In this document: in pieces, positions 50,106 through 63,645 of the stretch | Layout of the letters: each line of letters begins with the position of its first letter | How positions within the stretch are numbered: the first letter of the stretch is position 1 | Assembly: GCA_030141605.1 (NCBI GenBank) | Contig: JAQGDQ010001046.1 | Span: forward strand, 3,885 to 67,884 | Origin: Tubiluchus corallicola | Lineage: Eukaryota > Animalia > Priapulida | Reading direction: 5' to 3' | DNA length: 64,000 nt | Program-made: the position numbers and the translations under genes | Notes under the pieces: model-generated | What the model saw: the letters and a program-made list of their open reading frames with translations, nothing else | Databases searched by the model: none | What the model was told of the DNA's origin: nothing

Positions 50106-50582
50106 CAGTAAGTCCTCGCTTAATGTCGCCCCGTTTAGCGACGTTTCATTTTAACGACGCGGAACATTTGACACCTTTTCTTCACTTAATGCACGCCCCG
50201 TTTAGCGACGTTTCATTTTAACGATGCGGAACATTTGACGTTTTCTTCACTTAACGAATGCCCCGTTTAGCGACGTTTCATTTTAACGATGCAGAACATT
50301 TGACACCTTTTCTTCACTTAACGCACGCCCCGTTTAGCGATGTTTCATTTTGACGACGCGGAAAATTTGACACGTTTTCGTCACTTAATGCCCCGTTTAG
50401 CGACGTTTCATTTTAACGATGCAGAACATTTGACACATTTTCTTTACTTAACGAACGCCCCGTTTAGCGACGTTTCATTTTAACGACGCGGAACATTTGA
50501 CGTTTTCTTCATTTAATGCCCGCCCTGTTTAGCGACGTTTCATTTTAACGACGCAGAACATTTGACACCTTTTCTTCACTTA
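50106..50582. repeat. Tandem repeat of about 65 bp (about 7 copies) starting at a Tigger-like terminus
   Basis: TA-CAGTAAGTCCTCGCTTAA followed by GCCCCGTTTAGCGACGTTTCATTTTAACGA units. Confidence 0.75.
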
Positions 50583-51951
50583 AAGTGCAAGAAAACTCTC
50601 CACTTACATGAAGCTTAAAATACCACTTACATACTACCTTTTTGTATGCATGACTTGTATCGGCCGTAATGCTGTATAAAATGTGTAAATTTAAACTCCC
50701 GCGATGACCGTTAAGCGCAGCCATTTTAATGGTAGGTCGTTTGAAACATGTTTTGATAACATTAAGTAAGGTTTTTAAAAACAATCATATAATTCGTAGC
50801 AAAAAGGTTGCTAATTAAGTAAAATTTTAAATCACTGTATCTTGTCATTAAGATTAAAAATACATTTTGGCTAGTGAGTGGCGCACCCTGGAGGGTAAGT
50901 CAGCGACATTTGACCAATTGGCACAAACATTTTAAATTATTAGTCTAGTTACGTAAGTCTTTCCAGCAGGTAAAGTAATATAATTTTTTAAGGACATTTT
51001 CTGAAACCCACTTCAGGTGCCCCTTTTCTTGTCCTTTAACGATGCACGTTTCATTTTAATGATATTTTTTTTACTTTGTTGGTGTCAATTTTTATTTTAC
51101 CAACAATATTTTATCCAGTACCTACTATCGGAGTTTGAACATGCAGTTTTTAAAATTGCAGGACTAGTTTTTACCAGATAAGTGGACACGGGGGATATAA
51201 AGTTACATTTTTAGTATTTGCTGAACATTTTCTTGGTAATTTGATGCTAGAATATAAAACTGCAATATATTTAGCACTTGTTTTTGTAAAAAGAAAACAA
51301 AAAATTGACATTTGACCAAACTTTTAGTGCGTTCTATTTTAAAACATCATAACTTAGTTTTAACTGTGCCAACTTATGGACGGTTTTTCTCTTTCAAGCT
51401 CACATTTATTAATTTGACATTTTTTCTTCAAAAATGGCATCATTTTCGAGTGGATAATTCATCAAAGAGATAATATGACAGTAAGAGTCATTTTTTGGAG
51501 ATAACAGTCATTGTAGAAAACTGATACGAATCACTTGCTAAGATAACTAGGCATGTGCTGCCATCTATCAAGCTGAAAACAAGTAGCGAGTAGAGAACGT
51601 TCTTTTTTTGGGGGTTCCCTTTCGGAAAAATCGGTTGATTTTGTTTTCTAGTTGCAAATGTAGCTATTTCATACGAAGTTAAATTTTGTTAGTGACTCCA
51701 GCTTATTGGTTACTGGAACATTAGATTTATGCAAAATATTTGTGTACTAGATGCAAAAGTCGGCATGTTTAAAACTGCGTCAAAGCAGAAATAACCAACA
51801 ATCAAATGTCTGCACCTCAACTTCAACATGGATTATCTCAGCTTAAAAATAACTTAGAGCGATGAGCTTGATATGAAAATGATACTCATGAAATGGAGAT
51901 TCAGGATGTGTAAATGAATTACATTTAAAAGTATTTTTCTCTTTTTTTCAG

Positions 51952-52028
51952 ACCTAAAGATGCCGGATGACGTATGTGACGAAAATAGCGCTGTGCAATC
52001 AGTTGCAAGTGAAGATTCCCCATCTTGA
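51952..52028 (+). CDS. PUSL1: PUSL1-like terminal coding exon 8
   Basis: Strong acceptor tttttttcAG; DLKMPDDVCDENSAVQSVASEDSPS*; AATAAA at 52093. Confidence 0.7.
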
Positions 52029-52206
52029 CAGTAACCGATGACGTACAGTTTAGGTTCATTTTTTATTTGTTTGTTTCATTTTAATAATGCTGAATAAAAC
52101 CTATTTTTATTTTGTCAACAACATTTTTGCCTAATTATTCTGTTTTTGTTTTGTTTTTGTCGCTTAACATCACTTTCTTGTACGAGGACTTACTTCATAC
52201 CGTCCT

Positions 52207-52241
<35 letters not shown>

Positions 52242-52634
52242 ATAACACAAACACCAAATGTAAACAGTGGAAACATATTATATATATTGTCTACCGTAAA
52301 AATAAACCATTGTAAACATAGAAATGTCTGTTGTACAAATCAAAAACATTTTCATTGCTATCAGTACGTAAAAAGTTAATCATATAAATGCGTTAATTTT
52401 AGTATTAACCATAAATCAGCTGCACCCCTTACAATGAGACCTGATTCTCTAATAAATACAAAAAGAAACGGAAGATGCAAAACAGAAATTTGATTCACAA
52501 TTTTTAACAAGAGAGGATGAACAAAAAACCTTCACATATTAGTAACATGCGCAATAATCATTTTCAAAACAAAAAGTACAAGTTCTTCGTTAACCGATTA
52601 ATCGACACTCTGAAGGCTGAATAAGTGTCTAAGG

Positions 52635-53069
52635 CAGGGGTGTGCAAACTGTGGCCCGCGGGCCACTTGCGGCCCGCTGAGAGATCTTGTGCGGCCCGCG
52701 AAGAGGTTTGTCAACGTAATGAAAGTGCGGCCCCCATGCGATCCAGCTGAAGTCTGCGCCAATATCGCAAAGATAGTGCGGGTAGTTTTTTCCTCTAGAT
52801 CGGATGGCATTAACCCTTACAAGACCGTTGTCACTTAATGTCACTGTCGGACATGACGAAATATTTGGTTTTTAATATACATTTTAATATCTTCCAAAAT
52901 AGTTTCTTGAGTGCAGTAGTGCAGTAGTAATGATGTGCGCAAATCGCATGCAAAAAAATCGTTATTAGGTCTTTCTGTACTTGGCTCCTTGACCAAACTG
53001 CATGTGGCCCGCAGGAATTGCGGGAAAGTTTAATGTGGCCCGGCTAGTCAGATAATTTGCACACCCCTG
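52635..53069 (+). mobile_element. hAT-type MITE family A, copy 4
   Basis: TIRs plus perfect TSD GTCTAAGG. Confidence 0.9.
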
Positions 53070-53832
53070 GTCTAAGGCATGTGGTACAGAGCACACCTCT
53101 TGTGAATTCTGCATCTTTTCACCTCTTGTCAATTCTGCATCTTCTCATCCCAGCTATTAATTCATATTTTACACTCCGACGAGCCTCTACAGCATAACAC
53201 ACCCACTCGTTTAACGAGTCGCTACCATCTCCAGAGCAGAACCTCCGCAGCCAAACACCCGGAGCTGCTCTTCCATCATGCTTGGATACCAGCATTCATG
53301 AGCTCAGCAACTGAGTATTAAAGTTTTGAATCCGCTTGGTTAGACGTGCGCCTCTTTCGCGGAGTTTCTACGGCAAACTCTGCATATTTTCAACTTTGAT
53401 TTCGTTAGTTTGGTTTTATCTGCATTCTCAAGCATTTCAAATGCCATCCGTGCTTTCTTTATCATGTTTAGTACCTGCATTATTTTTGGATGGCTTTTGT
53501 TCTCTTTGTTCTCTCAACAATTCCGTATTTACATAGATTACTGTTTGGCGTGTTATTCTAATGATAACAGTCATTTAGTACTGCATTATTTTTGGATCAA
53601 TTTATAATTTTTCCACGTATTTGCACGAGATCATGTTGCTATTTTTTCTTATGCCTTTAATTCTCAACAATTCCATATTTACATGGATTACTGTTTGCCG
53701 TATTCGATTGTTAAGAATAATAACTGCCATTTACTACTGTTGATGCTGTCGTTGATAATCACTTAATTCCCGGCAGCAAATTGAGATCGGTACTACGTTA
53801 CGGCTGTAAGACAGTCAGCAATAATGCAGCTC

Positions 53833-53896
53833 TCAGGATTTTGAACTGTAAGCACTTGGGATGTTGGCTAGTCCACCGGCGATGCTGATGTTTGAT
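53833..53896 (-). CDS. HMGCR: HMG-CoA reductase, last coding exon
   Basis: tttatttcAG | completes NR-S, then SNISIAGGLANIPSAYSSKS*; phase fits the preceding exon. Confidence 0.72.
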
Positions 53897-54304
53897 CTGA
53901 AATAAAGTAAAGTTTAGAAATGAATGTGAACTGCTGGAGATTGCCATTGGTTTGTGGAATAAACAATGGCACCCGATGCTTGAGTTAGACAGGCTCTGTC
54001 GTGAATTTCCTTTCACCACTGAATTTAAGTTTCCCTCCGCCAATCAAACGTTGCAAAAAAGTAGGGCCAACAATTATGTACAAACACATTAAGATGACTA
54101 ATATGTTATGAGTTGTCATTAAATAGCAATAGTATTGACAAAACTACAACAATGTGTGGTCTTTTCCTTTAAATTTTAAAACATGAGAGATTCTAGCGGG
54201 AAAAATTACTTTTATGCTACACGTTACTTTAATCTGTTACTGGTGAGGCAGACATTGAATTAAATTGAAATTAAATCAGATCAAAACAATAATGTTAAAC
54301 AGCA

Positions 54305-54610
54305 GATTTTCTCTAACTAATTTCTGGATTCGTCTTCCGGCTTCCTTCTTGGCTGCTCTTGGCAAACTAGTTCGGATATTTTCCCGACTTTTCATTTGCT
54401 CCATGGTTGCTGAGTCGACTGATGGACTTCCTGCTGTAAATTTCCAGAGGAATCAGTAGATTGGCGGGATGGTTTACTTCTTGCTTTGATGTTTACTGTA
54501 CTTTAACTGATCTCACTTTGCCGTCTCGGCTGTATGTATGCCGAGTTGCTCTTCCGAGTTTCCGGTTTCCACGTGGAGTGTTTTCTTCTTCGATGAGTAC
54601 AACTTTAGTA
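54305..54610 (-). mobile_element. BEL/Pao LTR retrotransposon pol C-terminal remnant (DUF5641-like)
   Basis: Minus translation VVLIEEENTPRGNRKLGRATRHTYSRDGKVRSVKVQ*..HPANLLIPLE resembles the BEL post-integrase motif; contains a stop. Confidence 0.6.
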
Positions 54611-54891
54611 ACTGTATTGGAGATCGTTGTTGTTTTTTTTTTTACCTTCCTCCTCCTCGAGTGTTGTGAACTTTAATATTAATGTCTTTATGCATAATAA
54701 TTGGCCCTACTTTTTTGCAACGTTTGATTGGTGGAGGGGAACTTTTTTGAGGCAGGTGTGGCATTAACTTTAGAAAAAATGGTTGTGTTACTGATTCTAA
54801 TGCCATATTCAAGAAAATTTTCAAAAATAACAAAAACTAGTACTGCAATTGTAAAAAACTCGTATGTTTTTTCTGTCAATATCCTCCTCAC

Positions 54892-55046
54892 CTGTTGTAT
54901 TTCATGTGACTCTTAACGAGATGCCCGGCAGCGAGGGCCGAAATCAGATTCAGCTCTCCGGCTAGGACGGTGGCGGCTATGATGCGTGCCAGCGTGCCGG
55001 AATGCTTTCCCGGGTCTTCCTTGCACCCGCCAGATACGCCCAGTAA
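54892..55046 (-). CDS. HMGCR: HMG-CoA reductase exon (catalytic His)
   Basis: [52 protein letters not shown] with canonical AG/GT. Confidence 0.93.
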
Positions 55047-56533
55047 CTATAAAAGAGAATGATTCGATGACGTTAGGGTGAGTGAAAGACTCGATCAACT
55101 GATTACTGCCAATGAGTACAAAAAATTAACCAGGTAAAGGGGTTGATCCCCTGACCGCCTATGCTACGACGATCGGCATTTTCAAAATATCCATGAAAAT
55201 AAATTGATAAATTGACCGGTCAGCAGGCAGCATCCTATGTGCACTCATATACAGACCCCCCTCTCCCGTGCAAAATATTATTATTATCACATTCAGTACA
55301 AAACCAATTGAATTGAATTAAAAATGTCAGTGTTCTAGCAGAAATTTCGTGACGTTTCGCCTCATAAAACGAAACATGCACTTTTAATGTTGTAATGTTT
55401 AAACAAACACACATACAAATATTTCAACTTTATAAATTCTTAAACAAAAAATTTTTGGTTACTGTAGCCTAAATTGTCGCAGCTCAAAAATATGCCGGAA
55501 CACGCTCTTTAAGCACGTGACAACCGACAACAAACTGTGAGCGACAGTACTTTCTTTATCTAGCAGCAGGCGCTAGCAATGCAGGGTACAGCGTGTTATC
55601 TCAGATGACGCATGCGCACACCAGCCAAACACCGCATTGCTGGAGTGCTCTCTACTGGGCTGTGAAGCAAAGAGTGCCGCCCTCATGTACAAGCATAAAG
55701 AAAGAATTAAAGAAAAAAGACTTATTATATTCAATATTATCGACAATATTGAGTGAAAACAGGGGGTGCTGCAGTTCCACAGTACTTATTCAAAAGCTGT
55801 ATATTTATATGTTTATCAAATTTTTAGTCTATTATTATCACATTCAGTACAATATAATGACATTAAACACACAGTGACATCAAAATTATTACATCTACTG
55901 TGTTAAATTGTTATGTTTCATACACTATCGTTATCATAAAAGAATAATTGTACTGCAGTGGGTTAGAGAAGCAAAGGCTTGTATAAGCCCACTGTCATGT
56001 GAACCCGATAAAAAAAGAATGGATGAGTGAACAAAAAAAGAACTGGGAGAAAGGTTAGATCACACAGGAAGGGTAGAAGGATGAGTTAGTGGAAATGGTA
56101 GGAAGAAAGATAATAGATTGTGCTATGTTGACATCAGCTCCAAAGATTTATCAATGATGCCTTGTTTTGCATAATCTGTACCAGGATTGTGGTATGACTG
56201 CTGCAGTAGGTGTAGGAAATTAGGAAGTGTTGTACTTGTTGAGAATCATTGCTCTGTATTTCTTTTTAAATTTTTGAATTGGCTGAACAGTTTTTAATTC
56301 ATCATTGTCTTTCCAAAGCCTTGGACCAACATTTGCAATAAATTGCCGTGCCCACACCTTTGCTTACTATTGAATGTTTCCATCTAAAAGTACAATGATA
56401 AGTTAACACCACAGCTGTGACTGTTTCTTGATCACTGTCTGGTTTTCAAAAATTACCATTTCCAATTTTCACCAGGAGTGACCAAAAATGGCGGAAAGAA
56501 CACCATGTTAGTATTCATAGCATTCATGAACAT

Positions 56534-56909
56534 TAGGGGTGAGCATCTCTACCAGAAAGCGAATTTGAATCGAACCGAATTTGTGACTTTCGAATTCGAA
56601 CCGAATTCGAATTGAGATTGAAAGATTTTCGAACAAGTTTTCGAACCACCAGTAAAAATTAGTCTTACAAAGATCATGCGTATCACTAGATTTTGTTCTG
56701 CAATAAAACGACTAGTAATTTCTTTAAAATTGTGCGCAGAAATCACAGCTAAATTATGCTAATTGCATGATGTTTCAATCGTTATAATGATAAAGAACAT
56801 GTGTGATTGAAGTGCTGAATTATTCGAATCTATAGTTTTGGATTCGAATCGAGTTCGAACTGAAAAAAACTCGTGCGAATCGAATTCAAGCGTTCGATGC
56901 TCACCCCTA
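56534..56909. mobile_element. hAT-type MITE family C
   Basis: TIR TAGGGGTGAGCATC / GATGCTCACCCCTA; TSD ATGAACAT / ATGAACAC; internal TTCGAA repeats. Confidence 0.82.
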
Positions 56910-57043
56910 ATGAACACATGAAAACGGCCACTACACACACATTGATTAGAGATGCATCACGCATCACGCGTACACGGGGCTTAAATCCTAGTTTCAACAC
57001 TACTTATTCCGCAGCAATTTCATTACTATAAATGGTACTTTAC

Positions 57044-57202
57044 TTGTAAACACGATGCTTGGGCCGGTAGTATGGTTCCGCCACCTACTGTACCCACTTC
57101 TATACACGGCATGGTGCAACTTATGTGCAGATCCTGGCCGTTCTCACCGGTTGGTTCCAAGAGAGTTATGCAGTTTGAACTTTCGATATTTTGTGCTGGG
57201 TC
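57044..57202 (-). CDS. HMGCR: HMG-CoA reductase exon
   Basis: [42 protein letters not shown] (catalytic Asp, GTVGGGT). Confidence 0.95.
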
Positions 57203-57247
57203 CTGCAAAGGAGAAAACGAGAGATGAGGTCTAAGAACGATCTTGAC

Positions 57248-57304
57248 CAGGGGTGTGCAAACTGCGGCCCGCGGGCCACTTGCGGACCGCTGAGAGATCT
57301 TGTG
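57248..57304 (+). mobile_element. Truncated left end of hAT MITE family A
   Basis: CAGGGGTGTGCAAACTGCGGCCCGCGGGCC. Confidence 0.75.
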
Positions 57305-57408
57305 ACCTTTTAGTAGCCACAAATACCCTTTCGAAATTCAGTGATCTGCCGCGTACCCCTTAACATTGTCTAGCAATATGAGTTTCAAGAAAACATTTTT
57401 CACTACTA

Positions 57409-57836
57409 CAGTCGTGGCCAAAAGTTTAAGCCCACCTGTGATTACGACGTGAATTTTGAGCTTTTTTGGTATTCAACACCATATATTTTCCCTCATGGTG
57501 GACCGATTCGTTCACACGATGGCTCATTAGGAAGGTAATTGAAAATTGCAAATAAATGTTTGTGTTGCGCGTGCGCAGAACTTACGAGATGATGACGTCA
57601 TCAGTACGGTTGCATGAATAGTCTTAGACGCACTCTCGGCAGTAGCTTCCTCCCCAGTCGACTGATTATGTTGGATGGTAATTCTACATTTGTTTGCAAT
57701 TTTCAATTACCTTCCTAATGAGCCGTCGTGCGTACGAATCGGTCCACCATGAGGGAAAATATATGGTGTTGAATACCAAAAAAGCTCAAAATTCACTTCA
57801 TAATCACGGGTGGGCTTAAACTATTGGCCACAACTG
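57409..57836. mobile_element. Tc1/mariner-type foldback MITE with arms of about 150 bp
   Basis: TA-CAGTCGTGGCCAAAAGTTTAAGCCC...GGGCTTAAACTATTGGCCACAACTG-TA; arms 57409-57559 and 57686-57836. Confidence 0.88.
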
Positions 57837-58494
57837 TACGATGTAACTATACGATAAACTAAACACCAAATTCAAGAACAAAATTCAAGAAAAAGGACAA
57901 CTGGATGTCAAATCAGAAGAAGAACTTGCAGTCGAAATGTGAACTAGCCTCAATGGTCGCTTCATTGAAACGAGCTTTTCCGAAAACTACAAATCTTGCC
58001 TACCGTCATCCGCCGACGCACCTGCTGTGCCAAATGTCTATTTTAAATCACAAATTGCCCCCCGTTATAACGCCGGGCAGTGCACAGAAAATTACGCGAG
58101 AAACACTATTGTCTTGCAACAACAATGACCTTTAAAAAATACAAACAATCATGACGTTTAAGTGTAGCACACGATGACGTCGTTTTATGATGATGATGAT
58201 GATGATAATGACGATGACTAGAACGATGATGATGATGACGACTACAACTTTGGTGGTGATGTTGGAGATGGTGGTGATGATGATGATGACGACAAAAATG
58301 GTGATGACGATGGTGATGATGATGATGATGATGGCTCACACCAGGAGGCTGTTACTCCCGTAAAATTCCTACTCTGTACTCTTTATGGCAAAAAAGAACA
58401 TTCTAACGCGTTACAACTTTCGCTAGCTTAGCTATTTCGTATCCCAACGGGTACTACTCGTACCCACAGTGTTATAACAGGTGGCACAGCATAC

Positions 58495-58635
58495 CTGCCC
58501 GGTAGCGATGAAAATTGCAGAGACGATGTTGGATGCATGAGCATTGCAGCCTCCGATGCTACCGGCCATCGCCGAACCGACCAAGTTCTTGCTAATATTC
58601 AAGTCCACTACTGCGTCCACTGATGTCTTCAAACA
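58495..58635 (-). CDS. HMGCR: HMG-CoA reductase exon
   Basis: [47 protein letters not shown]. Confidence 0.95.
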
Positions 58636-58956
58636 CTGAAAATGAAAGCAAACGTGGCAATGCATTAGCGTCGTTAAGACAAAACCTACCCTATATCATA
58701 TACCTTATCATATACCTTATCATATTTGTTGTTCTTCTGTACCTGCAGTCCCCAATTCATTCATATTCTTACCTTGTACCTTATCCTGTGTAGCTGCTGA
58801 CTTTGCTTGTACAACTTGTAACTCTATAAAAACTACGACTGTTAAAAATAAATGGTCAATTTTTGTAGTGGTTGTTAAAATTTAGTACGTACATGCCAGG
58901 TTTTTACATACCAATATAAAGAAACAGTATAGATTGCATCTTAATTTTAAGAATTA

Positions 58957-59615
58957 CAGTCTAGCGTCGTTATCTCGCCACTGTCCGTCTAGGGCAAATT
59001 TTTGGCGAGAGGCGAGTATGGTGAGATAACGGGAATATAACGAAGTTAGTCTATATGTATATACATAATAGTTGATTAACATAGTGTTCCTCTATGTACA
59101 TATTTCGCATTATGATACCAATCAACATTAAATCAGAAATGAAAACATTAAGACAAAACAGTTTTCGCTTCAGAGACATCATGTAAAGTTGCTCACACTT
59201 TGTGGAAACTCAAACTTAAACGCAGCTTTGGTGTTATAGAGTAAGGATATCGGTGACGCTTTAGTTTCTCTGCGCATTAACCAACCACAGCACTCCTAAT
59301 CTAATCCTGGTGAGACACACACTAGATTAATTATGTCTGTCTATCGAGTACAGCAGCATTGTCTACATACCACGGGTATATTGATCGACACGCGGTATAT
59401 GTATTGATCGATTCACCTCTGAGTTTGTCTGTTTGGCGACATAACGAATATAGTTTACATAAGCACTCATCCTAGCATGACGTGGCGAGGGCGAGAAGCG
59501 AGGGTGGCGACTTAACGAGGTAAATATCAAAGCAGGAAATCCGTCCTGGTACTTTCTATGGCGAGACACGAGTTTGGCGGCATAACGAGGGGGGCGAGAT
59601 AACGAGGCTAGACTG
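58957..59615. mobile_element. Tigger/pogo-like MITE family D
   Basis: TA-CAGTCTAGCGTCGTTATCTCGCC...GGCGAGATAACGAGGCTAGACTG-TA. Confidence 0.85.
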
Positions 59616-59979
59616 TATCTGAACATCTTTAGATCAAACTCATATCTCGGTTCACCGAACAAAAGAGGCAAGACAGTCCGAATTTGCCGATACTAAGTTA
59701 TTTGTTTTTGTTTTTGTTATCTGCAGCATCACCCTGCCCTGCTCCATGATTATAATTACTTAATATTTAAAAAACTTTTGATGTTAAACTAATTGGAGAA
59801 AATAATTGTTCTATGTCTATGTCTATGTTTATCCTGATGATTTAAATATAAAAATCCAATATATTTAGCATTTGTTTTTATAAAAACCAAAAAAATTGGC
59901 ATTTGACGCAATTTTTCATGCATTCTCCTTTAAAGCATCATGACATACTTGTCACTATGCAGACTTACGGACCGTTTTA

Positions 59980-60014
<35 letters not shown>

Positions 60015-60388
60015 TATTGAGTGATTACGAGATAGTCGAACATGATACTTTAGTTTAGTCCATAGATCACTACAAAAAAAGGACTTTTGATCATATAACA
60101 TGATCATTACTGTCAAAAAATAACTGAAGAATTATTTACAACTTCTCACTACACACTTATTATCGTCTAACATGATCATTACTGTCCAAAAATCGCCAAA
60201 CAGTTATTTACAAATTCACAATACGACTTTGGGTTTCCATTGAAAAATTCATGCTAATCGTTGAAGCTCAGTTCAGTCTGCAAGCACTAAACTGTACTTA
60301 GTCTGTACTCATGGACGTCACTTATAAGCCCTCCCATTATAACAATGGAGCTTCATAATAAACTAGAATTGCATATGATCGTTCATAA

Positions 60389-60846
60389 GTGTTCAGTCTT
60401 CATGCAAGACGGAGCTCCCTGCCACAGATCGAAGGTGACACCAATTTCCTCAGGGAGAAGAACATCGCCGTACTTGAATGGCCTGGAAACAACCCGGACC
60501 TCAATCCGATAGAGAATCTCTGGGAGATACTGAAGGATAAGGTGGCAGACAGGCAGCCATCAAGTGCTGAAGACTTGCGAAGAGTTATCAAGGACGTTTG
60601 GGTTAAAGAAATTACTTCCGAGTACTGCCAAAACCTGATTTTTAGTATGCCTCTTAGAATGAAGGCAGTGATTGACAACTTCGGCGGCCATACAAAGTAC
60701 TAAGAACTGTGACTATTTTTGGATAAAAACATACAAACTATGCTGTAGTATATGTCACTAGAAGAATAAATGAATAGTTTTTAGATGGAACCGTGTTAAA
60801 CGACCATGAAAAAATCACTTTGGTCTTAAACTTTTGCAAATGACTG
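60389..60846 (+). mobile_element. Tc1-like transposon 3' fragment (transposase C-terminus plus right TIR)
   Basis: LEWPGNNPDLNPIENLWEILK..GGHTKY* (WPxxSPDLNPIE motif); ends TCTTAAACTTTTGCAAATGACTG-TA. Confidence 0.88.
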
Positions 60847-63212
60847 TATAACTCCTCCCATTATAACAATGGAGCTTCAAACCACATGGACGTCACTTAT
60901 AACCCCTCCCATTATAACAATGGAGCTTCAAACCACATGGACGTCACTTATAACTCCTCCCATTATAACAATGGAGCTTCAAACCACATGGACGTCACTT
61001 ATAACCTCTCCCATTATAACAATGGAGCCTCAAACCACATGGACGTCACTTATAACCCCTCCCATTATAACAATGGAGCTTCAAACCACATGGACGTCAC
61101 TTATAACCCCTCCCATTATAACAATGGAGCTTCAAACCACATGGACGTCACTTATAACTCCTCCCATTATAACAATGGAGCTTCAAACCACATGGACATC
61201 ACTTATAACCCTCCCATTATAACAATGGAGCTTCAAACCACATGGACGTCACTTATAACTCCTCCCATTATAACAATGGAGCTTCAAACCACATGGACGT
61301 CACTTATAACTCCTCCCATTATAACAATGGAGCTTCAAACCACATGGACGTCACTTATAACCCTCCCATTATAACAATGGAGCTTCAAACCACATGGACG
61401 TCACTTATAACCTCTCCCATTATAACAATGGAGCCTCAAACCACATGGACGTCACTTATAACCCCTCCCATTATAACAATGGAGCTTCAAACCACATGGA
61501 CGTCACTTATAACCCCTCCCATTATAACAATGGAGCTTCAAACCACATGGACGTCACTTATAACACCTCCCATTATAACAATGGAGCTTCAAACCACATG
61601 GACGTCACTTATAACTCTTCCCATTATAACAATGGAGCTTCAAACCAGATGGACGTCACTTATAACCCCTCCCATTATAACAATGGAGCTTCAAACCACA
61701 TGGACGTCACTTATAACCCCTCCCATTATAACAATGGAGCTTCAAACCAGATGGATGTCACTTATAACCCCTCCCATTATAACAATGGAGCTTCAAACCA
61801 CATGGACGTCATTTATAACCCCTCCCATTATAACAATGGAGCTTCAAACCAGATGGACGTCACTTATAACACCTCCCATTATAACAATGGAGCTTCAAAC
61901 CACATGGACGTCACTTATAACCCCTGGCATTATAACAATGGAGCTTCAAACCACATGGACGTCACTTATAACACCTCCCATTATAACAATGGAGCTTCAA
62001 ACCACATGGACGTCATTTATAACCCCTCCCATTATAACAATGGAGCTTCAAACCACATGGACGTCACTTATAACCCCTCCCATTATAACAATGGAGCTTC
62101 AAACCACATGGACGTCACTTATAACCCCTCCCATTATAACAATGGAGCTTCAAACCACATGGACGTCACTTATAACTCTTCCCATTATAACAATGGAGCT
62201 TCAAACCAGATGGACGTCACTTATAACCCCTCCCATTATAACAATGGAGCTTCAAACCACATGGACGTCACTTATAACCCCTCCCATTATAACAATGGAG
62301 CTTCAAACCACATGGACGTCACTTATAACCCCTCCCATTATAACAATGGAGCTTCAAACCAGATGGATGTCACTTATAACCCCTCCCATTATAACAATGG
62401 AGCTTCAAACCACATGGACGTCACTTATAACCCCTCCCATTATAACAATGGAGCTTCAAACCACATGGACGTCACTTATAACCCCTCCCATTATAACAAT
62501 GGAGCTTCAAACCAGATGGATGTCACTTATAACCCCTCCCATTATAACAATGGAGCTTCAAACCACATGGACGTCACTTATAACCCCTCCCATTATAACA
62601 ATGGAGCTTCAAACCACATGGACGTCACTTATAACCCCTCCCATTATAACAATGGAGCTTCAAACCACATGGACGTCCTTCAACACAAACCCCCAAACAA
62701 ACCACACAACCAATAACCCCTCCCATAATAACAATGGAGTTTCAAACCACATGGACGTCACTTATAACCCCTCCCATTATAACAATGGAGCTTCAAACCA
62801 CATGGACGTCACTTATAACCCCTCCCATTATAACAATGGAGCTTCAAACCACATGGACGTCACTTATAACTCCTCCCATTATAACAATGGAGCTTCAAAC
62901 CACATGGACGTCACTTATAACCCCTCCCATTATAACAATGGAGCTTCAAACCACATGGACGTCACTTATAACCCCTCCCATTATAACAATGGAGCTTCAA
63001 ACCACATGGACGTCACTTATAACTCCTCCCATTATAACAATGGAGCTTCAAACCACATGGACGTCACTTATAACCCCTCCCATTATAACAATGGAGCTTC
63101 AAACCACATGGACGTCACTTATAACCCCTCCCATTATAACAATGGAGCTTCAAACCACATGGACGTCACTTATAACCCCTCCCATTATAACAATGGAGCT
63201 TCAAACCACATG
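60847..63212. repeat. 51-bp tandem satellite, about 46 copies, in an HMGCR intron
   Basis: Unit ATGGAGCTTCAAACCACATGGACGTCACTTATAACCCCTCCCATTATAACA; one orphan unit at 60311-60355. Confidence 0.95.
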
Positions 63213-63255
63213 CAAAACCAACCATGAAATCCCAGAGCTACCATGACGACTTTAC

Positions 63256-63429
63256 CTCTTTTAACACCTTCCCCGGAACAATGGCTTCGCTGACGACAGT
63301 TTTGCCACGTCCTTCGATCCAGTTGATGGCGGACGGCTTCTTGTCGGTGCAAAAGTTTCCGCTGATGCTGACTATCTCCATCTCCGGGAAGAAGTCCTCT
63401 TGGAGGAATTTGACTGCCCTTTCGGAGCC
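63256..63429 (-). CDS. HMGCR: HMG-CoA reductase exon (upstream exons lie outside the window)
   Basis: [49 protein letters not shown] (SGNxCTDKK catalytic Lys motif). Confidence 0.95.
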
Positions 63430-63645
63430 CTGTACATGCAAAAAATTATAAACACGAGGTGCTTCGCCAAATAATGATACACTTTTTACACTTCTAAAAT
63501 TAGCAATTATTATTATTAATTACTAATATCACATTTTACTACTAATTAACTACCAGTTAATATTAAAAAACTTAACAATAATAATAATAATAATAATATT
63601 AATATTAATAATAATAATTTAAGTGAAACAAGGTCCTCTCAGTTA

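Noticed and set aside
56200-56400. Possible CR1/L2 LINE 3' remnant (minus strand GPRLWK..FKKK)
   Set aside because: Similarity too short and degraded to support without a search
60869-63246. Long ORFs (661 aa, 440 aa) as repeat proteins
   Set aside because: They result from a stop-free 51-bp unit, switch frame at single-base indels, and lie antisense within an HMGCR intron
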